64,000 nucleotides of DNA from the NCBI RefSeq assembly GCF_009914755.1, contig NC_060932.1; one strand, written 5' to 3'. Positions 1-12,921 of this stretch are shown here, piece after piece. The position numbers and the translations under genes were made by a program. Position 1 is the first letter of the stretch. Every line of letters begins with the position of its first letter. Under the pieces are notes generated by a model, which was not told where the DNA came from, made no database searches, and worked only from the letters and a program-made list of their open reading frames with translations. This DNA comes from the human T2T-CHM13v2.0 reference genome, Homo sapiens.

Positions 1-159
1 TGAGGAGTTGAAGGTTTATTTTTACGTGTCTGTTTTTAGCTGCACATCCACTTTGCTGGCTCACGGTGGAAGCCCCTTTGTATGAGACATCCCTGACTGC
101 ATTTGACCCGGGAGCACAACCCATGCCAAATGATCATTTCTCACAGGCTGCTTGACGTT
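1..159 (-). other. Terminal exon of minus-strand gene
   Basis: Pyrimidine-tract acceptor gtttcctctctccag|aacgtc, with AATAAA near the window start. Confidence 0.6.
15..20 (-). terminator. Polyadenylation signal AATAAA of the minus-strand gene
   Basis: TTTATT at 15-20, 140 nt downstream of a strong acceptor (tttcctctctccag| at 159). Confidence 0.6.
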
Positions 160-367
160 CTGGAGAGAGGAAACACCTTGATAACTCACTGAGATGTGTT
201 ATGTCAGAGAAAGTGTGCCATGGATCCCCGACAGCTCCCACGGGGCCTCTCAGTGGCGCAGCGTTGAGTGCCAGGGACTCCCCGCTCCCCTGCTCAAGGC
301 CCACTGCTCTTCGCCTCTCCTTACCCGGCCGTGTACACTTGGCTGCCATTTTCTCAAACACACTTAC

Positions 368-405
368 GCAGTGGTATTTTGTAACGACGTCAATTCTTTT
401 CCTGC
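368..405 (-). other. Penultimate exon (tandem acceptors at 405 and 401)
   Basis: ggtcag|gcag|gaaaag...actgc|gtaagt. In phase 0 it reads AGKELTSLQNTTA then TSSSL* in the last exon (405), or EKN* (401). Confidence 0.55.
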
Positions 406-784
406 CTGACCCAGAAGATTACAGTGACTCAATGCTGGCTGGTCAACCTTAAAGATTAAATCGGGGACATTGGCTTAATGATTTTAACAGCTAGTGTAAA
501 GGATTTCCCAAGTATGAGAATCAGGATGGGAAGGAGGGTTGGGATTTTATTTAATCTTAAAGAGAAAGTCAGTAACACAGCTGAAAGCAAACTTTACTTT
601 TGTATTTCTTAAATAAAAAGCTTCAAGTTTAAAAGATTTAAACAGAAATATAGGTTCTAATGGAGAATCAACATACACCAAATGGATAAAATGCCTTACC
701 ATCTGAATGAATATCCAACTCTATGTTGGAAACTATGCAAGAATCATTATTATTCTATGATTGTGATATCTATTTGCTCTAGTT

Positions 785-945
785 CAGTGCTTCTCAAATG
801 TTAATATGCCTAAGGGTCTCCTGGGGAGCTTGTTCATAATGCAAATTCATGGATCACATCCTCAGACCTCAGTAGGTATGGAGTGGGCCCCAGGAATAGG
901 AATTAAATAAGCGCTCCCAGCGATTCCAATGCAATGCAGATGGTT
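785..945. mobile_element. MER5A/MER5B hAT-Charlie MITE
   Basis: cagtgcttctcaaa...tcagtaggtatggagtgggcc...ctcccagcgattc resembles the MER5 consensus. Confidence 0.65.
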
Positions 946-1200
946 GTGGAGATGGGGCCCCCTTAGCCACCCTCTGGGCACTGACAGAAAATGAAGGAAA
1001 AATAAGAAAGCCTATGGCAATTAAGCTTTATGAACATACCTGCTCAGAAAAACCTTTTTTTTCACTCCAACTTCTAGCATCCCAGAGAGAAATACAGTTT
1101 CAAGAGAAGGGAAGCCCTGGAATAGTGATTTCTTTGTAGAGCTTAGTATACTGTCTAGAAGTATTTGGAAATCCATTTAGCAGATAATAAAAATTCCTGC

Positions 1201-1421
1201 CTGGAATTTGCTGAGGACAAATCTAGGTGTGTGCTCCAGGATTCTGCGTCTGGTCTGGAGCGCTTCCCTGTTGAGCTCTGTGTCCTTGCTCTCCATCCTC
1301 CCAAGCAGTTGCACGTGGTGGTGGGGCTGTGGTGCCGGCCAGGTGGGACGGGGAATGCCTGGGCAAGCCGGCTGCCCGGCCACTGGGCTACCCTGCCAAG
1401 CTGTTACTGGGCGCTGGGCTG
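1201..1421 (-). other. Candidate exon, 221 nt, AAQRPVTAWQGSP...RILEHTPRFVLSKFQ
   Basis: Acceptor cctttcctttgacccatatgcag|. Open in phase 1, matching the upstream 27-nt exon. The donor is non-canonical (cag|gcagga). Confidence 0.55.
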
Positions 1422-1763
1422 CTGCATATGGGTCAAAGGAAAGGAGAGGGGTGAGTGATAGCCTCCTCCTTGGCTTACAGAGTGTGTCCTCTCTCAAATT
1501 TAGGAAAGTCTTGTTTTTCTCTTTGAGGAGAATCAGGCCAAATTACTTTATTTTTAAAATACTGTATGTAGACTCCATGGATGAATAGAGATGCAGTACT
1601 TGCAAGAAAATATCAACAACAAAAACACCTCTTTTCTTTTGTGATTTATTTTCCTGCTGCCATCTTGAAAGGCACCAGTCACTTGAAGCTTCTTGGGAAG
1701 GCAGACATGTTATGTAAGGTGACCGATTCTGCCCTCGGTGCCTGTGAGTTCTATATAAATTAC

Positions 1764-1790
1764 CTACTGGACTTGGATATCTCACAGAAA
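1764..1790 (-). other. Candidate 27-nt exon, (V)SVRYPSPV
   Basis: tttgcag|tttctg...ccagtag|gtaatt, phase 1 to 1. Confidence 0.5.
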
Positions 1791-2320
1791 CTGCAAACTT
1801 GATGTGCACAAAAACTGGGTGTACTATCAAAATCCCTTCGGTGTTTTTTGCAGAAATAGAAAAAAGTTCATCCTAAAATTCATATAAGAGCTCAAGGGAC
1901 CCTAAATACCCAAAATAATTTTGAAAAATAAGAACAAAGGAGGTGAATGCTTCCTGATTTCGTATTACATATTACAAAGCTACAGTAATCAAAACTGTGT
2001 GGTACTGGCAAAAGAATAGACCTATAGACCAATGCAATAGAATAGAGAGCCCAGAAATAAACTCTTGTGTATATAGCCAAATGATCTTCAACAAGGGTTC
2101 CAAGACCACTTAATGGGGGAAAGAAAGGTCTCTTCAATAAATGGTGTTGGGAAAACAGGATATTCATGTGGAAAAGAATGAAGTTGGACCCTTATTTTAC
2201 ACCATATGCAAAAATGAGCTCAAAATGGATTAAAGACCTAAGTATTAGACTTGAAATCATAAAACTCCTAGAAGAAAACATAGGAAAAAACTTCATCACA
2301 TTGGATATGGCAATGAGTTA

Positions 2321-2683
<363 letters not shown>

Positions 2684-2872
2684 TCAAACTTAAAACCTTT
2701 TGTGCATCAAGAGATGCTATTACTAGAGAGAAAAGGCAGCTTATAGAATCATAGAAAATTTTTGCAAATCATGTATCTCATAAGGGGTTTATATCCAGAA
2801 TATATAAAGGAATCCTACAACTCAACCACAATTAAAAAAAAAAAACTCAATTAAAAAATGGGCAGAGAGAGG

Positions 2873-3294
2873 ACTTCTGGACACTGACATCAGGGCTGCA
2901 TGGGGAAGGGGAGACGTGGAGCAAAGAGTGACCATGATGAAATTAGCACAGTGGCTTTGGGGACTGGCACTCCTGGGCTCCACCTGGGTGGACCGGACCA
3001 TGGGACCCCTAGGCCTGGAGCTGCCCTCATCCTGCTGGGAGGTCCTGTGGCAACTGCCTGCCTGCTTGCTGGTGTCTGCCAGCTGCTGTACCCTGGGTGC
3101 TGGGTGCTATCATGTGACCACTTTCCACAGTTGCTGAGAAGGCTGCATTCAAACTGCAGAACAGATCCAGGAGGCCCCAGATGACTCAGCCCTCAGGGGG
3201 CTGTGCTTCTGATACCCTAACCTCATTCCCAGCCTGGACAGTCCTTCCCAGTCCCCGTTAAAGAACAAGTTTATTTTCTTAAAAAAAAAAAAAA
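2873..3294 (+). pseudogene. DPM3: Processed pseudogene of DPM3 (dolichol-phosphate mannosyltransferase subunit 3)
   Basis: ATG at 2934 gives [19 protein letters not shown]...LELP..C.EVLW.LPA.LLVSA...LG...Y.V.TFH.C, matching DPM3. A +1 insertion creates TGA at 3135 and a -1 follows, then QIQEA..D.A.RGL.F with the original stop at 3210-3212 (279 nt = 92 codons plus stop). Degenerate polyA signal gttaaa at 3257 and A14 tail at 3281-3294. Confidence 0.95.
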
Positions 3295-5343
3295 GAGAAA
3301 AAGACTTGCATAGAAATTTCTCCAAAGAAGAATACAGATGGCCGATAAGCATATGAAAAGATGTTCAACATCATTAATCATCAGGGAAATGCAAATCAAA
3401 ACCAGCGAGATATCACCTCAAACCCATTAGAATGGCTACTTTAAAAAACAACAACAGAGAATAAGTGTTGGCAATAATGTGGAGAAACTGGAACCCTTAC
3501 ACACCGTTGATGGATTGTGAAATGGTGAAAAACAGCTATGGAAAACGGTGCAGCGGTTCCTCAAAAAATTGAAAATAAAACCACTGTGTGATCCCACAAT
3601 CCTGCCTCTGGGTATATATCCAAACGAACTGAAAGCAGAGTCTTGAAGAGATCTTTGCCGTGGTCACAGCAGCACTGTTCACAATCGCCAAGAGCTGGGT
3701 GGAAGTTACCCAAGTGTCTGTAGATGGATGAATGGATCAGCAACATTTGGTATAGACATACAAAGGAATGTGATTCAGTCTTAAAAAGGAAGAAAATTCT
3801 GACATGTGCTGCAACCTGGAAGAACCTTGAGGACATTATGCAAAGTGAAATAAGCCAAACATGAAAAGACAAATACTGTATGATTCCATGTATGTGAGGT
3901 TCCTAGAGCAGTCAATTCCACAGGTACAGAAACTGGAATCCTGGTTACCAGGGGCTGGGGGAAGGGGAACAGGGAGTCATTGTTTAATGGGTACAGAGCT
4001 TCAGTTTTGCAAGATGAAAAAGTTCTGGAAATGGATAGAGGTGACGGTTGCTTAATAACGTGAGTGTACTAAACCATTGAACTACACGCTTAAAAATGAC
4101 TAAGATAATAACAGGATTGAGAGGATAACAGGACTAATTCTTTGACAAGACTGAGCACCCAGGTTGCTCTGAAAGCACTCAAAGTGCATCTGAGTCAATC
4201 CTAGGGATGCCAGAAAACTTCCCAAAGTAGGTGACTGAAGCTGACTCAAAAGTACAAGTATTGTATTTTTTTCAATGCTAATATGTATGCTTTTCTACCT
4301 TTTTACATCTCTGACATCGGGATGTGTCTTACAGTGCATGGTAAGTCATTGTGTGGCTGGGTGCATTTTTTCTTTGTCAGTAGTGCATAAAATAATGATG
4401 CATCTTGGGCTTGTTCAAATGTGGTGCCCAAGCCAGAGCCTGCCCTTTCCAGAAATCTGCACAGCCCTAATAGTCACCAAATCTTACAGATTCCACCTGC
4501 ATAACACACTCCTCTGCATTTCTACAACCACTATTCCCTACTGCAAGCGATTTCAGCAGCCTTGTTCTTTTCCCTCTGCTCCAAAGCTTGTCTTCTGCTA
4601 GCATAATCCACCCTTCAACCAGGCTGATCTTTTCAGAAACAAAATTTGGTTACATTACTTTCCTTCAAGACAAAGTCTGAGCTCAACTGAGCAGCATCCA
4701 AGGCCTTTTACAATCTAGTCTGTATTGGCTGCTGTGATCTAGTCTCTACTGGCTGCTCCAGGCTGTTTCCCCACCTCCTGACCCTTGCTCTTGGCTAACT
4801 CCTGGCTTATTCTATGGAATCTGATGGTGTGTCACACCTTTCTTTTAGGGAAAATTAAGAAAGAAAAATGGACTCCCAATCAAACTGTGACATGCTGACT
4901 TAAGCCGGTTCCTCTGATTAGGTGATCTGAGTGCAGGTTGATAGGGAAGAGCACCCCAGAACAATGCCTGGATGGGAGTGAGGGCAGAGGGCGGGGCAGC
5001 GGGAGGAGTGAGCTGCGCTGAACAGGGAGGGGCCTCAGCAGAGCCACGGGGACGCTGCAGTCGGAGCGCTTCAAAGACGTCTGCCACGAGGGCTCGGGAG
5101 CCAGAACTTTGTGCCCGTGCACAGACTTGTCACTGGATGTGGGGTGCGGCTTTCTCCAACAGCAGGCAACTCTCTGAAAGGGTCACCCAGCTAAGAGCTG
5201 TCCTCTGTCAACACTCCAGGAAGACGGACTTGGAGGGGGATCAGGGCAGCATCCACCTCCACCTTATCCACTGTAAATGTCATCAGCTGGGAGATGAAGT
5301 CTAGTACTAGACATGCTAGGGTGTGAAAAGGTGTACATCTTAT

Positions 5344-5435
5344 CATCAATAAAATATGATCTATCTGTGACTGGTTCCTCTTCTGCTCCTGCTGCTTGTG
5401 GTGACGGCCAATGGCCCCGACTTGACCTTCTGCAT
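5344..5435 (-). other. Candidate exon with probable GT>AT mutated donor
   Basis: Acceptor cacttcctgcag|. Reads DAEGQVGAIGRHHKQQEQKRNQSQIDH or, in another frame, ..GAEEEPVTDRSYFID. Ends atg|ataaga. Confidence 0.45.
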
Positions 5436-5639
5436 CTGCAGGAAGTGGGCCCACTAGCCAGGGAAGTCAAAGAGGACCAAGGTAGGCTAGCAGGAGAAGG
5501 CCACCACGTGGGAATCGCGTCTGTCCCTACCTTTGGCACTCGAGCCACACCAGGCGGGGCAAGGGTCCGCCTCCTCCCTTGGCTCTGCATGCTGCTGTTC
5601 CTTGAAGGATTCGTTGTGTATATTACATTTCAATTGTAG

Positions 5640-6294
5640 TGGGCTCCCGTATGCCCTTTTTTCTTGGTTCGTCCCCTTGTTTTACTGCATAACACACCCT
5701 CTGATAGCACCCAAGAGGGCTTACATGAGAGCTCAGTTTTCTGATTCTTTGTACATTTTTATTCTATCCTCACAATTCACTAATTGCTTGACTGGGTATA
5801 AAATTCTGTTTGAATTTCAAAGTTCTGTAACATCCAGCTTGGCTGTTAAGAAATTTGATGGCATTTGGATTCCTTTTCCTTTGTTTGTCACCTGGCTTAC
5901 TTTTCTTCCTTCTGTTCACATATAGGGAGACAAAATTTTCAACGATATGTCTTTGCATGAATTAAAAAAAAATTGTGGAGGGTATTTGGTGGATTTTTTC
6001 AAACTGCTAAATATTACCTAATTCCACTTATTGTGGAAATTATTCAGATATTATTTGTTATGATCGAACTCCCTCATTTTTTCTGGTTTCTTTATATGGA
6101 ATGCTATTTATCAGATGTTACAACTTTTGGATCCACCTATTAAATATTTTACTTATTTCCTATTTATAATCTACATTTATTTGATTTTAATATTCAACAT
6201 TCCATTGATTTTTAAAATTTCAAATCTGATATTCATGCGACCCATGGTCTTTTTCTTCTTTAATCCTTTCCATATCTCAGATATGTATATGTGC

Positions 6295-6346
<52 letters not shown>

Positions 6347-7130
6347 CCCATCATCTTTCTTTGAAGGTGTTATGGTTCCTTCTATTCTCTGCACTGTCTT
6401 TGCTTCTTCTGGTCCCCCCCTTCCTGTGCTTCTCTGTTTGTTTTGGTCTGCTGATGAATATCTTCCATTTGTCCTCCCAGTCTACACTCCAGCCCCGCCG
6501 GCCCCACCCTTCTGCTTTTTGCTATGGTGACTTTTGCCTCTAGCAGCTTCTTTTGCCTCTAGTGTGTTTGGGTTGTGCTTGTGGCAGAGTGGGACGGGGA
6601 GAGGGGATCAGAGTATGGGTTCCCCCAGGCTCCTCCTAGCCAGGGAAGCTAGATTCTTCCCTGACAGTCCAGTGTTCCAGGTGAGTGGCCTCTCCACAGT
6701 GACATTCTGCAGATGTTGGCAGCTGCTCCTTGTGGCTCAGCAGACTTTGTTGCTAGCCTCTGAGCACTGCTTGCTTTTGTGGACTGTTCCTCCAGTAAAC
6801 TGACTTTAAATTTCCAAGTTTTAGTATGCCGGCCATTTTTCTCAGAACCTTAGCTCATACTCTTTTTCATGTAAGAAGCTTTCTTCAAATGTAGAATGAT
6901 CTGCAGCTGTGTCTTTGCATCTAAGAGTGAGGCAGTCAAATGCTCACTGGGACCCTGGCATGTTGCAGGGGCTTGCTACCTGGCAAGCTTCACGGTAAGA
7001 CATGCAGGACAGACAATCGCTTCACTGGGGAACTCTCAGATGTCACCATCTGGATATATTTTCTCTGGGACTTTCTTGGGTGAACAATAATGCTCTATTT
7101 TCTACCTGATGGGGGAGGAGGTAGAGGTGG
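5640..7130 (-). mobile_element. Highly diverged L1M(E)-like fragments
   Basis: T-rich degenerate LINE-like sequence (ttgactgggtataaaattctg, tttgatggcatttggattcc). Confidence 0.45.
6296..6343 (+). repeat. (TA)n(CA)n microsatellite
   Basis: Direct reading. Confidence 0.95.
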
Positions 7131-7639
7131 CTGCTGGTACCTCTGAGCAGGACAGAGAGCCAGACTCCAAAGGTGCATAGGTGGACCAGTAGGGAAGTAT
7201 CCTGTGTGAGTTGTCCTCTCAATCCTGCCCTCTTCTGGCTCTGGTCTTGGAAAAGAGGGAGGGGATGAGAATGGGGATAGAAAGGAAGTTGCTGCCAGCT
7301 GTGGGTGATGTCAGGGCCGACCTAGGATCTAGGTCTTCTTTGTCCGGTTTCACACGATTCTCTGGTTTGTATGGCACCTCCTCCTTCCTTCCAGGATACG
7401 CTGTCCTTGAGAGTCTGGGAATGAATTGCTGGCCTCTCAGCTCCCTCAGGCACATGCTTAGATTGGGCTAAGTCAGCTACCATGCCTCCTTCTACTTTGT
7501 GTCTACGCAATTTACTGAATTTTTTTTTTTAACTTTGATTGTCTCCTCTTCCCTTCTTTTTATAATTTTGAGTCAATATCTTATGTTATTCCTTTACTGT
7601 CACTTTGGCAGGGTTTTTGAATAAAGAAGAGATGAATGT

Positions 7640-8050
<411 letters not shown>

Positions 8051-8252
8051 CTATCCTTGGATTCTGAGCCATTTTGTGACTTTATTTCCTTCCTGGTAAA
8101 TAGCAGAAGAGTGTAAGAATAACACTTTCTTTAAAGAATTTCCAGGAAGATTGAATTAGTTACTATAAAGTGCTGAAAACAACATGGGTTACATAGTTAG
8201 CACTACCTGTAAAGGACAGTACAACACATTTGATTTTAAAATGTTCTGTTGT

Positions 8253-8540
8253 GGCCGGGCATAGTGGCCCGCGCCTATAATCTCAGCACTTTGGGAGGCC
8301 AAGGCAGAAAGATTGCTTGAGCCCAGGAGTTCAAGACCAGCCCAGGCAACAGAGTGAGACCTCTCTAGAAAATATAATAATAATGATAATAATAAATTAC
8401 CCGGGTACAGTGGCATGCATCTGTAGTCCCAGCTACTCGGGAGACAGTTTGAGGTTGCAATGAGGTATGATAGTGCCACAGCACTCCAGCCTGGGTAACA
8501 GAATGAGATGCTGTCTCAAATAAATAATAAATAAATAAAT
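8253..8540 (+). mobile_element. AluJ (degenerate)
   Basis: Alu motifs, (AAAT)n tail. Confidence 0.85.
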
Positions 8541-8858
8541 AAAATCTCTGTTGAGAGCAATAGAACTCTGGTATAGGGTCCTGAGATTCCTTGGCATGAG
8601 TCCACCAGAAGCTGATTCTACCAGGAGCTGGGGCTTGGCTGGCCCAAGGACTGAGATCATCTGGGGTCACAGTGTGAAGCTTGCAAGGGATTTGGGGAGC
8701 CAGAAGAGGGAGATGGCAGAAGATGGAGGAGGGGCATTGGGAATGTGCAGCCCTCTTTGACCCACCAGCCACTCCCATCCTGCTGGGTTGGGCTCAGGCT
8801 GGGATATGCAATTTATGCACCGTTACAACCTGGAAGAATAGGAATCTGCCCAGAATAC

Positions 8859-8938
8859 CTTGGAAGAACTCATCAGGAGACTGACTGCAGGAATAGGAAA
8901 TAATGATGCACTTGAAAGACATACTGCTGTAAGCAATA
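8859..8938 (-). other. Candidate 80-nt exon, IAYSSMSFKCIIISYSCSQSPDEFFQ
   Basis: ctttttccgtgtttttcacag|...ttccaag|gtattc. Phase 2 to 1, joins its neighbours in an open frame. Confidence 0.6.
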
Positions 8939-9088
8939 CTGTGAAAAACACGGAAAAAGGATTTAGAGAAAATCAATCAACACATGTGTAGGCTGTACCA
9001 AGCATTTGAAATAAATCAGGGAAGTCTTTTATTAATTTTAATTTTTAATATTTCATGTATTTATTTATTTACATATATATTTTTTAAT

Positions 9089-9205
9089 AAGATGAGGTCT
9101 TGCCATATTGTCCATACTGGTCTCGAACTCCTAGGCTGAGGCAATCCTCCCGCCTCGGCCTCTCATGGTGCTGGGATTACAGGCGTGAGACACCACTCTT
9201 GGCCC
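9089..9205 (-). mobile_element. Alu left monomer (FLAM-like)
   Basis: Single Alu arm. Confidence 0.8.
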
Positions 9206-9946
9206 AGGGAACTCTTAATAGAAGACAAAACCTAGTGTTCTTATAAAATCCTGATCTAATTGTCTTATTTGCCCATTCATTCAGTATTTATTGAGCACCA
9301 ACTCTATGAAAGATGGCATTAAAATATTACAAAGAAAAATCGAGCACCACCCTTTTCCTCTAGAGTTTTCCATCTAAGTGAGACATTGTAAAAATCACTA
9401 CATCAAAGTAGCATGTGATGAGAAGTAAAGTTTGATCCTATTATGAGGGTCAAGGAAGGCTACACACTTCCAGTTCCCCCTCGTCATTCTCCTGCCATCT
9501 CTTTAATAGGTGTTCTAGAATTCAGTGGAAGAAGAAACAACCATAAGCTGAAGATGGCCAGTGAAAATATGGGAGGGAGGCTCCGAGCTTGGGTCTTGGT
9601 CTTTCTGCTTCTGGAGCCTGGTTGCTGGTTCATCCTCACCCTAGACTCTGCATAGCAGTGCTGAAATACATGTGTCCTCATGCAGGTCACACTGTATCTC
9701 CCAGCAGCCTGATAGCAGCAAATCATTTCCTTGGAATGCTCTTCCTCAACCAAGAGAAAGGTCTCTGGGTGGCTAATGGCTGGTTGCTCTGCAACCTTTA
9801 AACATCTTTGATGCCAACTTTTCTGGGGGCCTCTGTGACCACCTGTGACTTAGTGAGGGGCGTTTTCCCCATTTTGTAAAATAATTTAACATATGCCAGC
9901 CAAATAGAGTATTTGTATCTTTATTCAATTCAATTCAAACATATCA

Positions 9947-10258
9947 GGCTGAGCGCGGTGGCTCATGCCTGCAATCCCAGCATTTTGGGAGGCCAGGGCA
10001 GGTGGATTGCTTGAGGCCAAGAGTTTGAGACCAGCCTGACCAACATGGCGAAACCCCATCTCCACTAAAAACACAAAATTAACCGAGTGTGGTGGAGCGC
10101 ACCTATAATCCCAGCTACTCGGGAGGCTGAGGCACGAGACTCGCTTGAACTCAGGGCGGTGGAGGTTGCAGTGTGCCGAGATCGTGCCACTGCAATCCAG
10201 CCTGGGTGAAAGAGCAAGACTCTGACTCAAAACCAACCAACCAACCAACCAACCAACC
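9947..10258 (+). mobile_element. AluS with (AACC)n tail
   Basis: Alu dimer, tail expanded into a tetranucleotide repeat at 10231-10258. Confidence 0.9.
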
Positions 10259-10671
10259 ATATCTGCCAGTGTACTATGGAACTACAGTCCCACAACTGAG
10301 GCAATGCAAGGGAAGGCTCGATATGCTGATTCCTCAGCTCTTAGTAAACCATGCGTGGTGTAAGGGGTGTCCAGAACCCCTATCTACCGTGGGTGACTGC
10401 ATCTCCATGGTGTAGCTGAAGGGACAGCTCTGAGCCATGACATGAAATGGATTTCCAGTAAACCTTTGTGAGAGAAGGTGAGAAATGACATCTAGCATAG
10501 ATTAACACTCTCTGAAATGTCAGGGGAGTTTTGTACGGAGTCTTCTAGAGCCCCTGCTTGTCCCACTGCGTGGCTCAGCATCCTGCCTTGTAATCAGCCC
10601 TCATTACTGTATCTCCTTGTGGCAGGTCTTGCAGACAGTTGTGTTCCCAGCACCTGGTACTGAACACTTAC

Positions 10672-10754
10672 ACTTTTGTAGATGGAGTGTGGCTGGGGAG
10701 GCAAGAAGAATAGCGAAAGGAACTTGCAGAAGGGATTTGCAAGTGTGTGCATGT
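10672..10754 (-). other. Candidate 83-nt exon, TCTHLQIPSASSFRYSSCLPSHTPSTK
   Basis: ctttttcctctccccacag|...aaaagt|gtaagt, both sites near consensus. Confidence 0.65.
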
Positions 10755-10924
10755 CTGTGGGGAGAGGAAAAAGTTTGCTTCTTGTTCACTGGGAATGACT
10801 ACTCCAGTGAGCTTTACTGGGCTCCCGCAGACACAGGCAAGAGGGCAGACAATGCACGGTCTCAGCCTGCAGACTAAGGGGGCGCTCCTTTGCTTTAAAA
10901 TTCCTCTACCTCCATCCTTGCTGA

Positions 10925-11076
10925 GAAAAGTGTAGTCTGAGGACCCGTGGCATCAGCATTAGCTGGGAGGTTGTTAGAACTGAAGACTCTCAGCCCCACC
11001 AAGGTCCACTGGATGAGCCAACATCTTCCCAAGATTCCCCAGGTGATTCAAGAGCACCTTAAATTGTAAGAAGCAC
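10925..11076. mobile_element. MER5A
   Basis: catcagcattagctgggaggttgttagaa...ccccaggtgattc. Confidence 0.6.
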
Positions 11077-11183
11077 GCTTCATTTGATGCCAAGATTTTC
11101 CCAATTTTACTAACTTTACTTGAAATTTTGTCCAGTATCTCCTTACTTCAATACTCAATACCTTTTCATTGATTGAATTTCTT

Positions 11184-11468
11184 CTTTTTTTTTTTTTTTG
11201 AGATAGGGTCTCACTCTGTCACCCAGGCTGGAGTGCAGTGGTGCAATCTCAGTTCACTTCCACCTCTGCCTCCTGGGCTCAAATGATCCTTCCACCTGTT
11301 TCCCAAGTAGCTGGGACCACAGGTCTGCGCCACCACACCTGGCTAATTTTTGTATTTTGTGTAGAGACAGGGTTTTGTCATGTTGCCCAGGCTGGTCTTG
11401 AACTCTTGGGCTCAAGTGATCTGTCACCTTGGCCTCCCAAGATGCTGTGCGAGCCACTGTGCCAGGCC
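11184..11468 (-). mobile_element. AluJ
   Basis: Antisense Alu with polyT. Confidence 0.9.
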
Positions 11469-11570
11469 CAATATTGAATTTCTAATAGCCTCTTGTGAAT
11501 TGTTGAAAAAATGTTGAAAACGAGAAAATAATTTCCACACAGAAAGCAAAGCCTCTTCTCAACACCACAC

Positions 11571-11691
11571 CTTGAGTCCTTGCGAAGGACTGCATGGTAT
11601 AACCACAGGATGGTCAAGGTCCACTGGCAGGATCTGGACACACATCGATTGGTGACATGAAAGCTTGTTGACTTCTAGCTCCATGAATTTC
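11571..11691 (-). other. Candidate 121-nt exon, KFMELEVNKLSCHQSMCVQILPVDLDHPVVIPCSPSQGLK
   Basis: ctattgcag|gaaattc...ctcaag|gtgtgg, 40 open codons, phase 2 to 0. Confidence 0.55.
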
Positions 11692-11753
11692 CTGCAATAG
11701 CATCAGTCCATGTCTTTCATCTTTCCTCACGAAGATGAAATAGAATTTATTGA

Positions 11754-12096
<343 letters not shown>

Positions 12097-12109
12097 CTCT
12101 TTAAGAAAA

Positions 12110-12420
12110 TTTAAATCTTAGAATAGTTTTAAATTTACAGAAATGTTGTGAAGATAATGCAGAGAGTTCCCATATACACCTACCCCAGTTTCCTCATTGT
12201 TAGCATCTTACATTAGTAGAGTGCATTTGTCACAATGAATGAACTAATATTGACACATTATCACAAACTGAAGTCTATACTTTCTTCAGATTTCCTTAGT
12301 TTTTCCTCATATCCTTTCTTGGTTCCAGGATCATGCAGGATCTCACACTATGTTTAGTTGTCATGTCCCCTTAGGCTCCCTTTGGCTGTAACGATTTCTC
12401 AGACTTTTCTTGTTTTTCAA
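12110..12420 (-). mobile_element. L1MC-like 3' end
   Basis: aatttacagaaatgttgtgaagataatgcagagagttcccatatac. Confidence 0.7.
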
Positions 12421-12754
12421 TATATTAATTTTAAAAACTCTTTTTTATTTTGGAATGCTCTTCCTTCCCCTAGCAGAGCAGAATCCTACTAAATGAGTTC
12501 CTATCACACTTTAAATCAGATTTAAGAAAATAAATATCCACTTAAGAGCTCCTGGAGGGTGGGGCTGGATTATTTTAATCAATCTGCTGCTCCAGAATCC
12601 AGCACTGGTCCTGTTTCTGGCACAAATAGGTGTTCAGTAAATTATGTAGTCGGTTTCTTGGTTGATTCTTTACTGTTCCCTTGCTGGCATAGTTGGTTGA
12701 TCTTTACTGGGCTTATAATGATCAATGGGATAAGATTTCTGCTTTTTGTTGTGT

Positions 12755-12915
12755 TTTTAAGACAGGGTCTTGGTCTGTTGCCCAGGCTGGAGTGCAAGTG
12801 GCACGATCTTGGCTCATTGCAGCCTCAACCTCTTGGGATCAAGTGATCCTCCTGCCTCAGCCTCCCAAGTGGCTAAGACTACAGGCACACACCACCATAC
12901 CCAGCAAATATTTGT
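12755..12915 (-). mobile_element. Alu right arm fragment
   Basis: Single Alu arm. Confidence 0.8.
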
Positions 12916-12921
12916 ACTTAA

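Noticed and set aside
9627-9770. Possible minus-strand exon (TFLLVEEEHSKEMICC...AESR|gtgagg)
   Set aside because: Weak acceptor, and its phase does not fit the neighbouring exons, which join directly.
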